A stretch of 64,000 nucleotides of DNA from Eledone cirrhosa (lineage: Eukaryota). The position numbers were made by a program, and so were the translations under genes. The notes below the pieces were generated by a model that made no database searches, was not told the DNA's origin, and saw only the letters and a program-made list of their open reading frames with translations. Of this stretch, positions 22,820 to 36,651 are shown piece by piece. Each line of letters begins with the position of its first letter. Within the stretch, counting starts at the first letter, position 1. The DNA is taken from assembly GCA_964016885.1 (NCBI GenBank), contig OZ024750.1, positions 36,642,001 through 36,706,000 on the forward strand, given 5' to 3'.

Positions 22820-25800
22820 AACTACTACAATACTGATTGCTACAACACTAACTACAACCACTACTACTGTTGCTGCTACTACACCAACTATAATAAATAC
22901 TGCTACAATACCAACTACAACATCGACTGCAGCACCAACTACAATATCAATTACTACTACTACTACTACTACTACTACTACATTACCAACACACCAACTA
23001 CAGCAAGTAATACTACTACTATTACTGCAAACACCAACTACAGCATCTACTACTACTGCAACATCAACTACAACACCAATTACTACAACACCAACGACTA
23101 CTATTACTACAACACCAACTACAACAACTACTATTACTACAGCACCAACTACAACAACTACTACAACACCAACTACAACAACAACTACTACTACAACACC
23201 AACTACAACAACTACTATTACTACAACACCAACTAGAACAACTACTATTACTACAGCACCAACTACAACAACTACTACTACTACAACACCAACTACAACA
23301 ACTACTATTACTACAACACCAACTACAACAACTACTATTACTACAACACCAACTACAACAACTACTACTACTACAACACCAACTACAACAACTACTACTA
23401 CTACAACACCAACTACAACAACTACTATTACTACAGCACCAACTACAACAACTACTACTACTACAGCACCAACTACAACAACTACTACTACTACAACACC
23501 AACTACAACAACTACTATTACTACAACACCAACTACAACAACTACTATTACTACAACACCAACTACAACAACTACTATTACTACAACACCAACTACAACA
23601 ACTACTATTACTACAACACCAACTACAACAACTACTATTACTACAACACTAACTACAACAACTACTATTACTACAACACCAACTACAACAACTACTATTA
23701 CTACAACACCAACTACAACAACTACTACTACTACAACACCAACTACTATTACTACAGCACCAACTACAACAACTACTACTACTACAGCACCAACTACAAC
23801 AACTACTACTACTACAACACCAACTACAACAACTACTATTACTACAGCACCAACTACAACAACTACTATTACTACAACACCAACTACAACAACTACTACT
23901 ACTACAACACCAACTACAACAACTACTATTACTACAACACCAACTACAACAACTACTATTACTACAGCACCAACTACAACAACTACTATTACTACAACAC
24001 CAACTACAACAACTACTATTACTACAGCACCAACTACAACAACTACTACTACTACAACACCAACTACAACGACTACTATTACTACAGCACCAACTACAAC
24101 AACTACTATTACTACAACACCAACTACAACAACTACTATTACTACAACACCAACTACAACAACTACTACTACTACAACACCAACTACAACAACTACTACT
24201 ACTACAACACCAACTACAACAACTACTATTACTACAGCACCAACTACAACAACTACTACTACTACAACACCAACTACAACAACTACTACTACTACAACAC
24301 CAACTACAACAACTACTACTACTACAACACCAACTACAACAACTACTACTACTACAACACCAACTACAACAACTACTATTACTACAACACCAACTACAAC
24401 AACTACTATTACTACAGCACCAACTACAACAACTACTACTACTACAACACCAACTACAACAACTACTACTACTACAACACCAACTACAACAACTACTACT
24501 ACTACAACACCAACTACAACAACTACTATTACTACAACACCAACTACAACAACTACTATTACTACAGCACCAACTACAACAACTACTACTACTACAACAC
24601 CAACTACAACAACTACTACTACTACAACACCAACTACAACAACTACTACTACTACAACACCAACTACAACAACTACTATTACTACAACACCAACTACAAC
24701 AACTACTATTACTACAACACCAACTACAACAACTACTATTACTACAACACCAACTACAACAACTACTATTACTACAACACCAACTACAACAACTACTATT
24801 ACTACAACACCAACTACAACAACTACTATTACTACAACACCAACTACAACAACTACTACTACTACAACACCAACTACAACAACTACTATTACTACAACAC
24901 CAACTACAACAACTACTATTACTACAGCACCAACTACAACAACTACTACTACTACAACACCAACTACAACAACTACTACTACTACAACACCAACTACAAC
25001 AACTACTATTACTACAGCACCAACTACAACAACTACTATTACTACAGCACCAACTACAACAACTACTACTACTACAACACCAACTACAACAACTACTACT
25101 ACTACAACACCAACTACAACAACTACTACTACTACAACACCAACTACAACAACTACTACTACTACAACACCAACTACAACAACTACTACTACTACAACAC
25201 CAACTACAACAACTACTACTACTACAACACCAACTACAACAACTACTATTACTACAACACCAACTACAACAACTACTATTACTACAACACCAACTACAAC
25301 AACTACTATTACTACAACACCAACTACAACAACTACTATTACTACAACACCAACTACAACAACTACTACTACTACAACACCAACTACAACAACTACTATT
25401 ACTACAACACCAACTACAACAACTACTATTACTACAACACCAACTACAACAACTACTATTACTACAACACCAACTACAACAACTACTATTACTACAACAC
25501 CAACTACAACAACTACTATTACTACAACACCAACTACAACAACTACTATTACTACAACACCAACAACAACTACTATTACTACAACACCAACTACAACAAC
25601 TACTATTACTACAACACCAACTACAACAACTACTATTACTACAACACCAACTACAACAACTACTACTACTACAACACCAACTACAACAACTACTATTACT
25701 ACAACACCAACTACAACAACTACTATTACTACAACACCAACAACAACTACTATTACTACAACACCAACTACAACAACTACTATTACTACAACACCAACTA

Positions 25801-27290
25801 CAACAACTACTATTACTACAACACCAACTACAACAACTACTATTACTACAACACCAACAACAACTACTATTACTACAACACCAACTACAACAACTACTAT
25901 TACTACAACACCAACTACAACAACTACTATTACTACAACACCAACTACAACAACTACTACTACTACAACACCAACTACAACAACTACTATTACTACAACA
26001 CCAACTAGAACAACTACTATTACTACAGCACCAACTACAACAACTACTACTACTACAACACCAACTACAACAACTACTACTACTACAACACCAACTACAA
26101 CAACTACTACTACTACAACACCAACTACAACAACTACTACTACTACAACACCAACTACAACAACTACTATTACTACAACACCAACTACAACAACTACTAT
26201 TACTACAACACCAACTACAACAACTACTATTACTACAACACCAACTACAACAACTACTATTACTACAACACCAACTACAACAACTACTATTACTACAACA
26301 CCAACTACAACAACTACTATTACTACAACACCAACTACAACAACTACTATTACTACAACACCAACAACAACTACTATTACTACAGCACCAACTACAACAA
26401 CTACTACTACTACAACACCAACTACAACAACTACTACTACTACAACACCAACTACAACAACTACTACTACTACAACACCAACTACAACAACTACTACTAC
26501 TACAACACCAACTACAACAACTACTATTACTACAACACCAACTACAACAACTACTATTACTACAACACCAACTACAACAACTACTATTACTACAACACCA
26601 ACTACAACAACTACTATTACTACAACACCAACTACAACAACTACTATTACTACAACACCAACTACAACAACTACTATTACTACAACACCAACTACAACAA
26701 CTACTATTACTACAACACCAACAACAACTACTATTACTACAACACCAACTACAACAACTACTATTACTACAACACCAACTACAACAACTACTATTACTAC
26801 AACACCAACTACAACAACTACTACTACTACAACACCAACTACAACAACTACTATTACTACAACACCAACTAGAACAACTACTATTACTACAGCACCAACT
26901 ACAACAACTACTACTACTACAACACCAACTACAACAACTACTACTACTACAACACCAACTACAACAACTACTACTACTACAACACCAACTACAACAACTA
27001 CTACTACTACAACACCAACTACAACAACTACTATTACTACAACACCAACTACAACAACTACTATTACTACAACACCAACTACAACAACTACTATTACTAC
27101 AACACCAACTACAACAACTACTATTACTACAACACCAACTACAACAACTACTATTACTACAACACCAACTACAACAACTACTATTACTACAACACCAACT
27201 ACAACAACTACTATTACTACAACACCAACAACAACTACTATTACTACAGCACCAACTACTATAACACCAACTATGATACCAACAACAATA
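22820..27290. repeat. 30-bp tandem array (~140 homogeneous units plus a degenerate 5' edge)
   Basis: Unit acaRcaccaactacaacaactactaYtact with rare 27-bp variants; reads as a Thr/Pro-rich ORF on + and a Cys/Ser ORF on -. Confidence 0.95.
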
Positions 27291-27406
27291 AATAAACATA
27301 TATTTTTAGTAGTTTAACTATTTTACTTTCTGAATATCTGAAAATATTTTCGTTATTTTTATAAACATTTGACATTAAATTAATATTATTTCTGTCAAAG
27401 GCAAAG

Positions 27407-27517
27407 TCAAATCCCTCCGAGGTTAACTTTGCCTTTCATCCTTACGGGGTCGATAAAATAAAGTACCAGTAATGCACTGGGTAATTGCTGGCCTTGTACC
27501 TAAAAGTAGAAACAATT
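27407..27517 (+). mobile_element. SINE A 3' half
   Basis: Consensus match; flanked by the repeated attaaattaatattatttctgtcaa. Confidence 0.75.
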
Positions 27518-28240
27518 AAATTAATATTATTTCTGTCAACATATGAAATATTTTTTATATAACGATTTTTTAACATAAAGCACAGTTTCTCAGACGTTTC
27601 TGGTGATTTTTATCTCGAAGTCAACTTTGAGCAAGCAAACCATTCATTAAAATGATTCCTACCATAACCATTACATTTATTTGGGTTTAGTTAAGACTAC
27701 TACTGTACCAAATGTGTATCCATCCCATTTCCAAGGTAGATGGGTATGATATGGGACAGATTTTGTTGCTATTTTTAGTTGGTTGAATGACCATGTAGAG
27801 ATCCCCATCATTCTAACTACAACCCGCCATAGACTTGTATTATATCAGCACTTTGTTTCACCAGTATCATTTTATTAGAGTTATATAGCATTAATAGATA
27901 GACTGTTGGGATTTTCTAGTTACAAATTGGAAGATGAATGATTTGGCTGCTATTTCTAGCTAGTTGAATGACCATAACCCTCCATAGACATGTATTACAT
28001 CACTGTTTCAACAGTATCCCTTTATTAGAGTTTTATAGAATTTAGTAGCTAGACTGTTGGGCAGCATGTTACAAACTGAAAGATGAATGATTTGGCTGCT
28101 ATTTCTAGCTGGTTGAATGCTTTATTTTCTTATCACAGAGTTTCTTGTTGGTTTAGTCAACATAAAATATATACATAGGTAGCAATTGATTGTACCATTT
28201 ATACCTGTGAGAAATATGCTAATTGTATTAGAGACAAATT

Positions 28241-28425
28241 AATTGTTTCTACTTTAGGCACAAGGCCAGCAAATACCCAGTGCATTACTGGTACTTTATT
28301 TTATCGACCCCGTAAGGATGAAAGGCAAAGTCAACCTCGGCGGGATTTGAACTCAGATCGTAAAGGGACGTAACTATGCTGGAAAGCATGGCGTCCGACC
28401 CTCTACCGATACTGCCAATTCAACG
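28241..28425 (-). mobile_element. SINE family A with TSD gagacaaattaat
   Basis: Consensus match with a direct repeat on both sides. Confidence 0.85.
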
Positions 28426-28444
28426 TCTTGGAGACAAATTAATG

Positions 28445-28716
28445 AGATCGAGATCGTGTAGGTGTCACGACAAAAAAACACAGTCCACGCTGTAATGTGG
28501 CCGTGTAGGTAACACGGTAAAAACCTCCCAGCCCCACACTGTAAATGTGGTTGGTGTTAGGAAGGGCATCCCGCTGTAGAAAACCCGCCAGACAGTCCTA
28601 TATGAGCGAGACACGGTCACCCGACCAGCCTTGCCACAAGTGGGACAACTCCCATCTAACCCATGCTAGCATGGAAGATAGACTTTAAACAATGAGGATG
28701 ATGATGATGATGATGA
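28445..28716 (+). mobile_element. RTE LINE 3'UTR copy
   Basis: Near-identical to 21395-21662. Confidence 0.8.
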
Positions 28717-29382
28717 CAGGACTTTTGCAGTTCTGAACTAAAATTTCTCCATGAGTTATTGGTAACACAATAAATAGCACCGATAGCATTATTATCTAAA
28801 CTAGGGAATGGTTATAACTCCAACAATTGTCAAGAACAATGCCTCAATTGGTTCCTTTTGAGTGGGTGGAATAAATAGGTGGATGTTAATGAGTTAAATT
28901 GAGAGGTTGTTCAGTTCAGTTACAGTTCAATCTCAAAAAGTGGCTTTAGTACAATAAGTAGCAGTGTTATTGTAATAACTTTATATATAATTGTTCCAAC
29001 TCCTAATTAAGTTTATCAGAGCCTAATTCTAGCCAGCACAATTGTGTATAGAGACATCAGAGAGAAAATAATAACATCTCTTCAATGACCATAAATGATA
29101 TTCAGTGATGAATTGCTGAAGATGATGATTGTAAAGCTGATTAATGACAAATTTAAGTGTACTATTTGTATAGAGAATATTAGCATGACAACAATGTCAG
29201 TTCCATTTTAACAATGTAGAAAGAAGTACAGGTGATATGAGAGATGTTGCTTCAGTGAGTTCTCAAGAAAATACATACAAGCCACAACCCGTCATAAGTC
29301 TAAACATTGATACTGCATATTGCTGTGTTATGATAGTTGCTGTTTTATATAGGTCAGTACAGTTATGTCTGTGCACAGCCTC

Positions 29383-29809
29383 TTAACCCTATAGCATTTA
29401 AACTGGCCGTATCTGGACAGAATTGTTTCACCTCTTTCTGGTCAAACCAGCAATAACTGGCCACTCATAGCAACGTTAAGGTATTATTCTCAAAATAAAT
29501 TATATCAAAATCTTGTAGATTCGATATTACGTGAGGTAAAGCTTTAACTACAAAAATACAATAGTAATTATAGAGTAATGTAAATGCTAAAGGGTTAAAC
29601 CAGCCATATCTAGCCAGAATTATCTCACCTCTTTCTCTTAGAACTGGCTGTAACTGGCTGCTCATGCTTATGTTAAGGTATTGTTCTCAAAATAAATAAT
29701 ATCAAAATCTTGTAGATTCGATATTATGTGAGATAATCATGTGAGATAAAGCTTTTACCACAAAAAATACAATAGTAAATATAGAGTAATGTAAATGCTA
29801 AAGGGTTAA
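29383..29809 (-). mobile_element. Tandem pair of piggyBac-like MITEs
   Basis: TTAAccctatagcattta...aatgctaaagggTTAA (29383-29598), followed by a second copy ending aatgctaaagggTTAA at 29809. Confidence 0.85.
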
Positions 29810-29904
29810 CACTTCATGTCAAGATCCCACACTCTAGACAGGAGCATTTTACATACAACTATTAGAGTTCAGGACAAACTTCGAGACACTGTTGTGAGAG
29901 CTAT

Positions 29905-30445
29905 CTTGGTCAACAAAATATGAGCTTCCACTGGCCAGGTGAGCAAACACTCCTTGGTCAACAAGATACAAGCTTTCACTAGCCAGATGATCAAATACCT
30001 CTTGACCAGTAAGCTACAATCTTGAACTATCCAGGTGAACAAACATCTCTTGACTAACATGATACATGCTTTCACTGGCCTAGTGGACAAAACTCTCATG
30101 ACCAACATGATACATGCTTCCGCTGGCCAGGTGAACAAAACTCTTGACCAACAAGATACAAGCTTTCATAGCTCAAATACACAAACACCTCTTGGTCAAC
30201 TAGATACAAGCCTCCACTGGCCACGAGAACAAGCATCTCTTGATCAACAAGGTACAAGCTTTTCCACTGGCCAGGTGAACAAACTTTGGGAAACAATGCT
30301 TTAGACCAACAAGATACAAGCTTTCATAGCTCAAATACACAAACACCTCTTGATTAACTAGTTACAAGCTTCCACTGGCCATGTGAACAAGCATCTCTTG
30401 ACCAACAAGGTACAAGCGTTTCTGCAGGCCAGATGAACAAACTCT
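29905..30445. repeat. ~48-bp minisatellite, about 11 diverged units
   Basis: cttgRYcaacaagatacaagcttYcactggccaggtgaacaaacacct; unit starts at 29905, 29953, 30001, 30049. Confidence 0.85.
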
Positions 30446-30451
30446 TCTTGT

Positions 30452-31330
30452 CATCATCATCATCACTGTTTTACGTCAGTTCTTCCACTCTAGCATGGGT
30501 TAGATGGGTTGTCCTGTTTTGGGCAGTGTCCAGTCGGCTGACTTTGTCTTGCTCATACAGGAACTGATTCTGGCTTGATTTCTACAGCTGGATGCCCTTC
30601 CTAACACCAACCTCATTTACAGTGAGTGCTGGGTGCTTTTTTCCGTGGCGCCTACACATCCACTTTACAGTGTGGGCTGGGTGCTTTTTTCCGTGGCGCC
30701 TACATGTCCACTTTGCAGTGGGAGGGTGTGGAGGCATATTGTCTATATGCTTCAGCTTCGGCTTGTTCCTGTGGGGGGTCGGGTCTTCTGTATTACTGCG
30801 TGACGCCAGAGGTCACGGTCATGTGTCATTGCTCTTGAAACATCACCCTAGAGAGGTGCAATTGGGTAAGGTCGGCCTTTATCACCTCATCCCAGGTCTT
30901 CGTGGGTCTCCCCACTCCGTGGCTTCCATCGATTTCTAGTGCTCTGTACCTTTTTTTGCAGCTGTCATCCTTCATACGCATCATATGTCCATACCAACAT
31001 AACCTCTTCTCCTGCACACAGCATTTGATTCCTCTTATGCTCAGTCTCTCTCTAAAATCATTTATGCTTTGCTGTTCATGTATATTACTATTACACATCC
31101 ATCAGAGCATGCAGGCTTCGTTTATTTCTAATCTGCGCAAGTCTTCTACAGACAGAGCCCAGGTTCCACTTCCATGTAACATTGTTATTCGTATACACGC
31201 ATCATATCGTCTGCCTTTCATTTTGAGGGAAAAGCCTTTTGCAGCTAGCAGTGGCAGTAGTTCCCTGAACTTCTTCCATCCCGTTCTTACCCTAGTTATT
31301 GTAATTTTCCAAACACCCACCTCTACTGCT
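30452..31330 (-). mobile_element. 5'-truncated RTE LINE (subfamily 2)
   Basis: RVRTGWKKFRELLP..., RLCWYGHMMR, GRPTKTW; 3'UTR distinct from subfamily 1. Confidence 0.9.
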
Positions 31331-31639
31331 AATTCGATCACATCAAAAATACAATAAATTAATGGTGACCATTGAAAGCCTATATACAATGCTGTTGATG
31401 TTCACAAACAAATGACACAAAAAATGCAGGTTAACAAAGATATTAGTACTATTGAAAAAGCTATTAAATTAAGGGGCTGTTGATGACTAAGACAAATAAT
31501 CTTGTAAATTTAAGAAACTTTTGAAGCAATGTTACATCATTGTCTTGGAGTCACTTTAACATTAAGACTTTATGAGGTCTAACTTGACATATGAAATTAA
31601 TACGTTGTTAGTTGGATAGATTGTTGTCATATTTACAAA

Positions 31640-32020
31640 AATGATATGCGATGGGGCCCATCCACAGCCCCGGTGGACAGAATGGAGAAGGCGTTTCCCC
31701 GGAGGACGGCAAGGGAGATGCGCTGGAAAAGCCACTCCAACTCGTGGGATCACACCTGTGACTGGCCAGCTCAGCGCCTATGGTGGTGAGTAAGGAGGTA
31801 GCCCTGGGGCCCAAGGACACCAGAAGTCTCCACTGCCAGGGGTACGACCGCAAACCTGTCGGAAAGCGACCGGTATTTCAGGAGTTTGGCCTCCTCAGCC
31901 CGACGTGTAGCAGAACCTGGGTTAGTTGCAGACTGTACCAGCTTGCAGCTGCAGAAAGTGTGAGTGCAAGTGGCATCCCAGACGAGGGGTTTGCCACCAC
32001 GCAACGGGAAGATGGTCAAG
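31640..32020 (-). mobile_element. CRE-like non-LTR element, restriction-like endonuclease fragment
   Basis: GKPLVWDATC...AEEAKLLKYRSL...VPLAVETSGVLG; GC-rich island. Confidence 0.75.
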
Positions 32021-32974
32021 ACTGATTAGTGTATATGTGTTGCATGAGAAGAAGAAAACTAATTAAAGTAATAAAGTGAATTTGTTTTAGTTTCCAGATA
32101 GTTATGATCTACTTATATGACATCAGTCTTAAAGTAAGCTAATATCTCTTGTGACATAACTCAATGTACCAAAGAAGGCGCTTCTATGTGGTCACCCACC
32201 CTGCTAGAAATAGTAGCCAAATCTCCCTTAAATTACACCCTACCATCTTAATAAAAAATATATATATTAGATAATGTAGTCCAACATATTGTTAAAACAA
32301 AACAAGGATGGTTATGTGTAATCATAATCATGAATCTTCTAAACGATGGCATAGTTGTTAAACAACAAAACAATGACAACTAAATCTAAAATTCATAAAA
32401 TTACCTTTGTTGACAAGGCATAAAACTGTGGAGAGAGAAGGATCTATTTCTGGAGATTGGTTAGGTCAGAAGTATTAACTGTCAATGAAAGATGAACAAA
32501 TAATTCATAAAAGATTATCTATGATATTATTATGAATAATGTAACAAGAAAGACAAAGTGTAAAATTTGGATAAAATGGAAGGGACGGGGAGAACAGTTG
32601 TTTTTGACACAGTAATTAATGTCCTGCCCCTTCCTTTTGGTCGTGGATTAGAAAAGTAATAATGTAAAAAAACTGTGTAAAAGAAATAAAAGAAGGAATG
32701 GGAAGAATGGGAATTGTAATTATGATAATTAATATTATCAATATTCTGTTTGAAAAATATTTTTCAAGGATAGATTGAAATAAAGCAATGAATATGATAA
32801 ACTAAAATATAAATTGAGAATGAAAAAGAAATATCCATAAATTAAGGCCAAAGCTTATTGAAATGTAAATTCCAAATTGTAGAACCATAATTTGGTTGTC
32901 AAATGTTCACTTTGAAAAATATGTTTTTTCCCAGTCATCTTTTCCATGATATATAATCATTTCTCCAATGAGTC

Positions 32975-33330
32975 AATAAAGGCACCTTTGTGGTCTCCAA
33001 ACCTGCCAGAAATAAAGCCCAATTTTAAATGGAGTTCTTTGTACTCCCTAAACCTAGCACAAACAGCCGTGAAGTCTCTATTGAAAGGGAGTTCTTTGTA
33101 GTCCCTAAAACTTCCACAAACAGTAGCAAAGTCTCTAATAAAGAGATGAATGGGCTCCTTCATAGTTCCTAAACCTGCCAAAACATCAGCCACATTTTCG
33201 ATGAGAAGAGCTAAAAAGGGTGTCTTTTGTAGTCCCTAATCCTACCACAAACAGCAGCCAAGTCTACAGTGAAAGAGAAATTTTCTAGTCCCTAAACCTG
33301 CCACAAACATCAGTCAAGTTTCCAATAAGT
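32975..33330. repeat. Degenerate 50-67-bp tandem repeat, about 6 units
   Basis: Recurring tagtccctaaacctgccacaaaca. Confidence 0.65.
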
Positions 33331-33571
33331 CACATGCAACAGTCCTAAAAAAAGGAAAAGGTACATATTCAATATTAGCTGTGGACACAGTATGGCTGGA
33401 TGGTTAAGGAGTAATCATTAGATTTCACCATGCAGCATTTTGGCTGTCATTTACCATAGGCTCAGGCTGACCGATTGCCTCTTGAGTGAAATTGGGTAGA
33501 TAGAAACTTTCTAGAAGCCATTTTGATGGTCTTGTCACACACTGTGTTATGCTGAATCTCTGTGAGAATTA

Positions 33572-33968
33572 TACGAGGGTAATCCCAAAAGTAAGGTCTC
33601 CAAACCGATGGGGACGCAGAGAAACTGTTCGTACGGCTGTTGGCAACACTGTTGTGATTGGTGCTTCCTTCACTCCCAAACAAGCATGTGCGCGCTTCGC
33701 TGGGATGCTCAATCTTGGCTTGGCAGCCATTGAGAAAGGAGCTACCGTTGAACGCTACTGCCAAGTGTGAATTTCACGCAGTTATTATATACGAGGGAAA
33801 TCCCAAAAGTAAGGTCTCCTTCCGAGGAAAACATGCGTAAAGATCGGCGGATCACTCTGGATGGTCTCTGCATTTTGGTTCCTGAGGTTTCCCAAAGCAC
33901 CATCCACAGGATTTTAACGGAAAAATTGCAATATCGGAAGGAGACCTTACTTTTGGGATTGCCTCGTA
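33572..33968 (+). mobile_element. Mariner-type DNA transposon relics (two left TIRs, one right TIR)
   Basis: TA-cgagggWaatcccaaaagtaaggtctcc at 33572 and 33790; inverted end ggagaccttacttttgggattgcctcg-TA; transposase remnants AKCEFHAVI and DRRITL..VSQSTIHRILTEKL. Confidence 0.85.
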
Positions 33969-34224
33969 TAAAGTACACATGTTTGTGGAATGCTCAGTCA
34001 TTTACATGTTAATTTTATGAGCAGGTTATTCAATTGATCAAAGAAGAGGAACACTGATTGTTGAAAGCAATGGAGTCCCAATCCTAGATACAAGAAATAA
34101 AAGGGTGGTTTTGACTGGAATACCTCTCATCAAATGTCTACTCATTCAGGATTTATAGGGAGCTCAACAATAACAACAACCATGACCTCCATTTCTGTTT
34201 ATACTGTAGCATTAGGAAAATAGA

Positions 34225-34545
34225 AGGCAGTGAATTGACAGTCATTAGAATGTGGGATAGAATACTTTGTACTATTTGTTCCAGCTCTCTGCTATCTGAG
34301 TTCAAATCCTGCCAAGGTCAACTTTACCTTTTATGCATTTGAGGTCAATAAAAATGTACCGGTCTAGTACAGGGGTTGATTCTTCCTCTATATCTCTTTC
34401 TCACTTCCTTTCTCTCACTTTCTCTATCCTTCTGAGGAAGGAATCTGCCTGGAGAAATATAGGCTCCGCTAATCTTGTAAAATGCCAAAGAAATGCTATA
34501 TGTCAATATGGCACCCCTACGTCTCCATCAGTAGTCACAGGTCCA
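34225..34545 (+). mobile_element. SINE family C (SINE A-like head, different tail)
   Basis: Aligns with 56497-56806 and 58017-58285. Confidence 0.7.
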
Positions 34546-36651
34546 TCAGGGGTTACAGGTCCATCAGGGGTTACAAGTCCATCAGTAGTCACCGGTCCAT
34601 CAGGGGTTACAGGTCCATCAGTAGTCACAGGTCCATCAGGGGTTACAGGTCCATCAGGGGTCACAGGTCCATCAGGAGTTACAGGTCCATCAGTAGTCAC
34701 AGGTCCATCAGGGGTTACAGGTCCATCAGTAGTCACAGGTCCATCAGGAGTTACAGGTCCATCAGTAGTCACAGGTCCATCAGGGGTTACAGGTCCATCA
34801 GTAGTCACAGGTCCATCAGGAGTTACAGGTCCATCAGTAGTCACAGGTCCATCAGGGGTTACAGGTCTATCAGGGGTTACAGGTCCATCAGTAGTCACAG
34901 GTCCATCAGGGGTTACAGGTCCATCAGGGGTTACAGGTCCATCAGTAGTCACAGGTCCATCAGTAGTCACAGGTCCATCAGGGGTTACAGCTCCATCAGG
35001 GGTTACAGGTCCATCAGTAGTTACAGGTCCATCAGTAGTCACAGGTCCATCAGGGGTTGCAGGTCCATCAGTAGTCACAGGTTCATCAGGGGTTACAGGT
35101 CCATCAGTAGTCACAGGTCCATCAGTAGTCACAGGTCCATCAGGGGTTACAGGTCCATCAGTAGTCACAGGTCCATCAGGGGTTACAGGTCCATCAGTAG
35201 TCACAGGTCCATCAGGGGTTACAGGTCCATCAGTAGTCACAGGTCCATCAGGGGTTACAGGTCCATCAGTAGTCACAGGTCCATCAGGGGTTACAGGTCC
35301 ATCAGTAGTCACAGGTCCATCAGTAGTCACAGGTCCATCAGGGGTTACAGGTCCATCAGGGGTTACAGGTCCATCAGTAGTCACAGGTCCATCAGGGGTT
35401 ACAGGTCCATCAGTAGTCACAGGTCCATCAGGGGTTACAGCTCCATCAGGGGTTACAGGTCCATCAGTAGTCACAGGTCCATCAGGGGTTACAGGTCCAT
35501 CAGGGGTTGCAGGTCCATCAGTAGTCACAGGTCCATCAGGGGTTACAGGTCCATCAGTAGTCACAGGTCCATCAGGGGTTACAGGTCCATCAGGGGTTAC
35601 AGGTCCATCAGTAGTCACAGGTCCATCAGTAGTTACAGGTCCATCAGGGGTTACAGGTCCATCAGTAGTCACAGGTCCATCGGGGGTTACAGGTCCATCA
35701 GTAGTCACAGGTCCATCAGGGGTTACAGGTCCATCAGTAGTCACAGGTCCATCAGTAGTCACAGGTCCATCAGTAGTCACAGGTCCATCAGGGGTTAAAG
35801 GTCCTTCAGGGGTCACAGGTCCTTCAGGGGTCACAGGTCCATTAGAGGTTACAGGTCCATTAGGGGTTACAGGTCCATCAGGAGATAAAGGTCCATCAGG
35901 GGTTACAGGTCCTTCAGGAGTCACAGGTCCATCAGTAGTCACAGGTCCATCAGGAGATAAAGGTCCATCAGGGGTTACAGGTCCTTCAGGAGTCACAGGT
36001 CCATCAGTAGTCACAGGTCCATCAGGAGATAAAGGTCCATCAGGGGTTACAGGTCCATCAGTAGTCACAGGTCCATCAGTAGTCACAGGTCCATCAGTAG
36101 TCACAGGTCCATCAGTAGTCACAGGTCCATCAGGGGTTACAGGTCCATCAGTAGTCACAGGTCCATCAGGGGTTACAGGTCCATCAGGAGTTACAGGTCC
36201 ATCAGGCGTTACAGCTCCATCAGGGGTTACAGGTCCATCAGTAGTCACAGGTCCATCAGGGGTTACAGGTCCATCAGGGGTTACAGGTCCATCAGTAGTC
36301 ACAGGTCCATCAGGGGTTACAGGTCCATCAGTAGTCACAGGTCCATCAGGGGTTACAGCTCCATCAGGGGTTACAGGTCCATCAGTAGTCACAGGTCCAT
36401 CAGGGGTTACAGGTCCATCAGTAGTCACAGGTCCATCAGTAGTCACAGGTTCATCAGTAGTCACAGGTACATGAGGGGTTACAGATCCATCAGGAGATAA
36501 AGGTCCATCAGGGGTTACAGGTCCTTCAGGAGTCACAGGTCCATCAGTAGTCACAGGTCCATCAGGAGATAAAGGTCCATCAGGGGTTACAGGTCCTTCA
36601 GGAGTCACAGGTCCATCAGTAGTCACAGGTCAATCAGGGGTTACATGTCCA
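34524..36651. repeat. 18-bp minisatellite, ~118 units, two main variants
   Basis: acaggtccatcaggggtt and acaggtccatcagtagtc; SINE and array are enclosed by a 23-bp direct repeat at 34200-34222 and 36654-36676. Confidence 0.95.

Noticed and set aside
23649-27299. 1216-aa Cys/Ser/Trp ORF resembling keratin-associated or metallothionein proteins
   Set aside because: Antisense reading of the 30-bp satellite.
34333-36626. Collagen-like or antifreeze-like ORFs (GPSGVT, DGPVTP, SIRGYR)
   Set aside because: Several frames are open only because the unit is 18 bp. The Gly-X-Y pattern is broken by VVT, the ORF start lies in a SINE, and the array sits inside the SINE's TSD.
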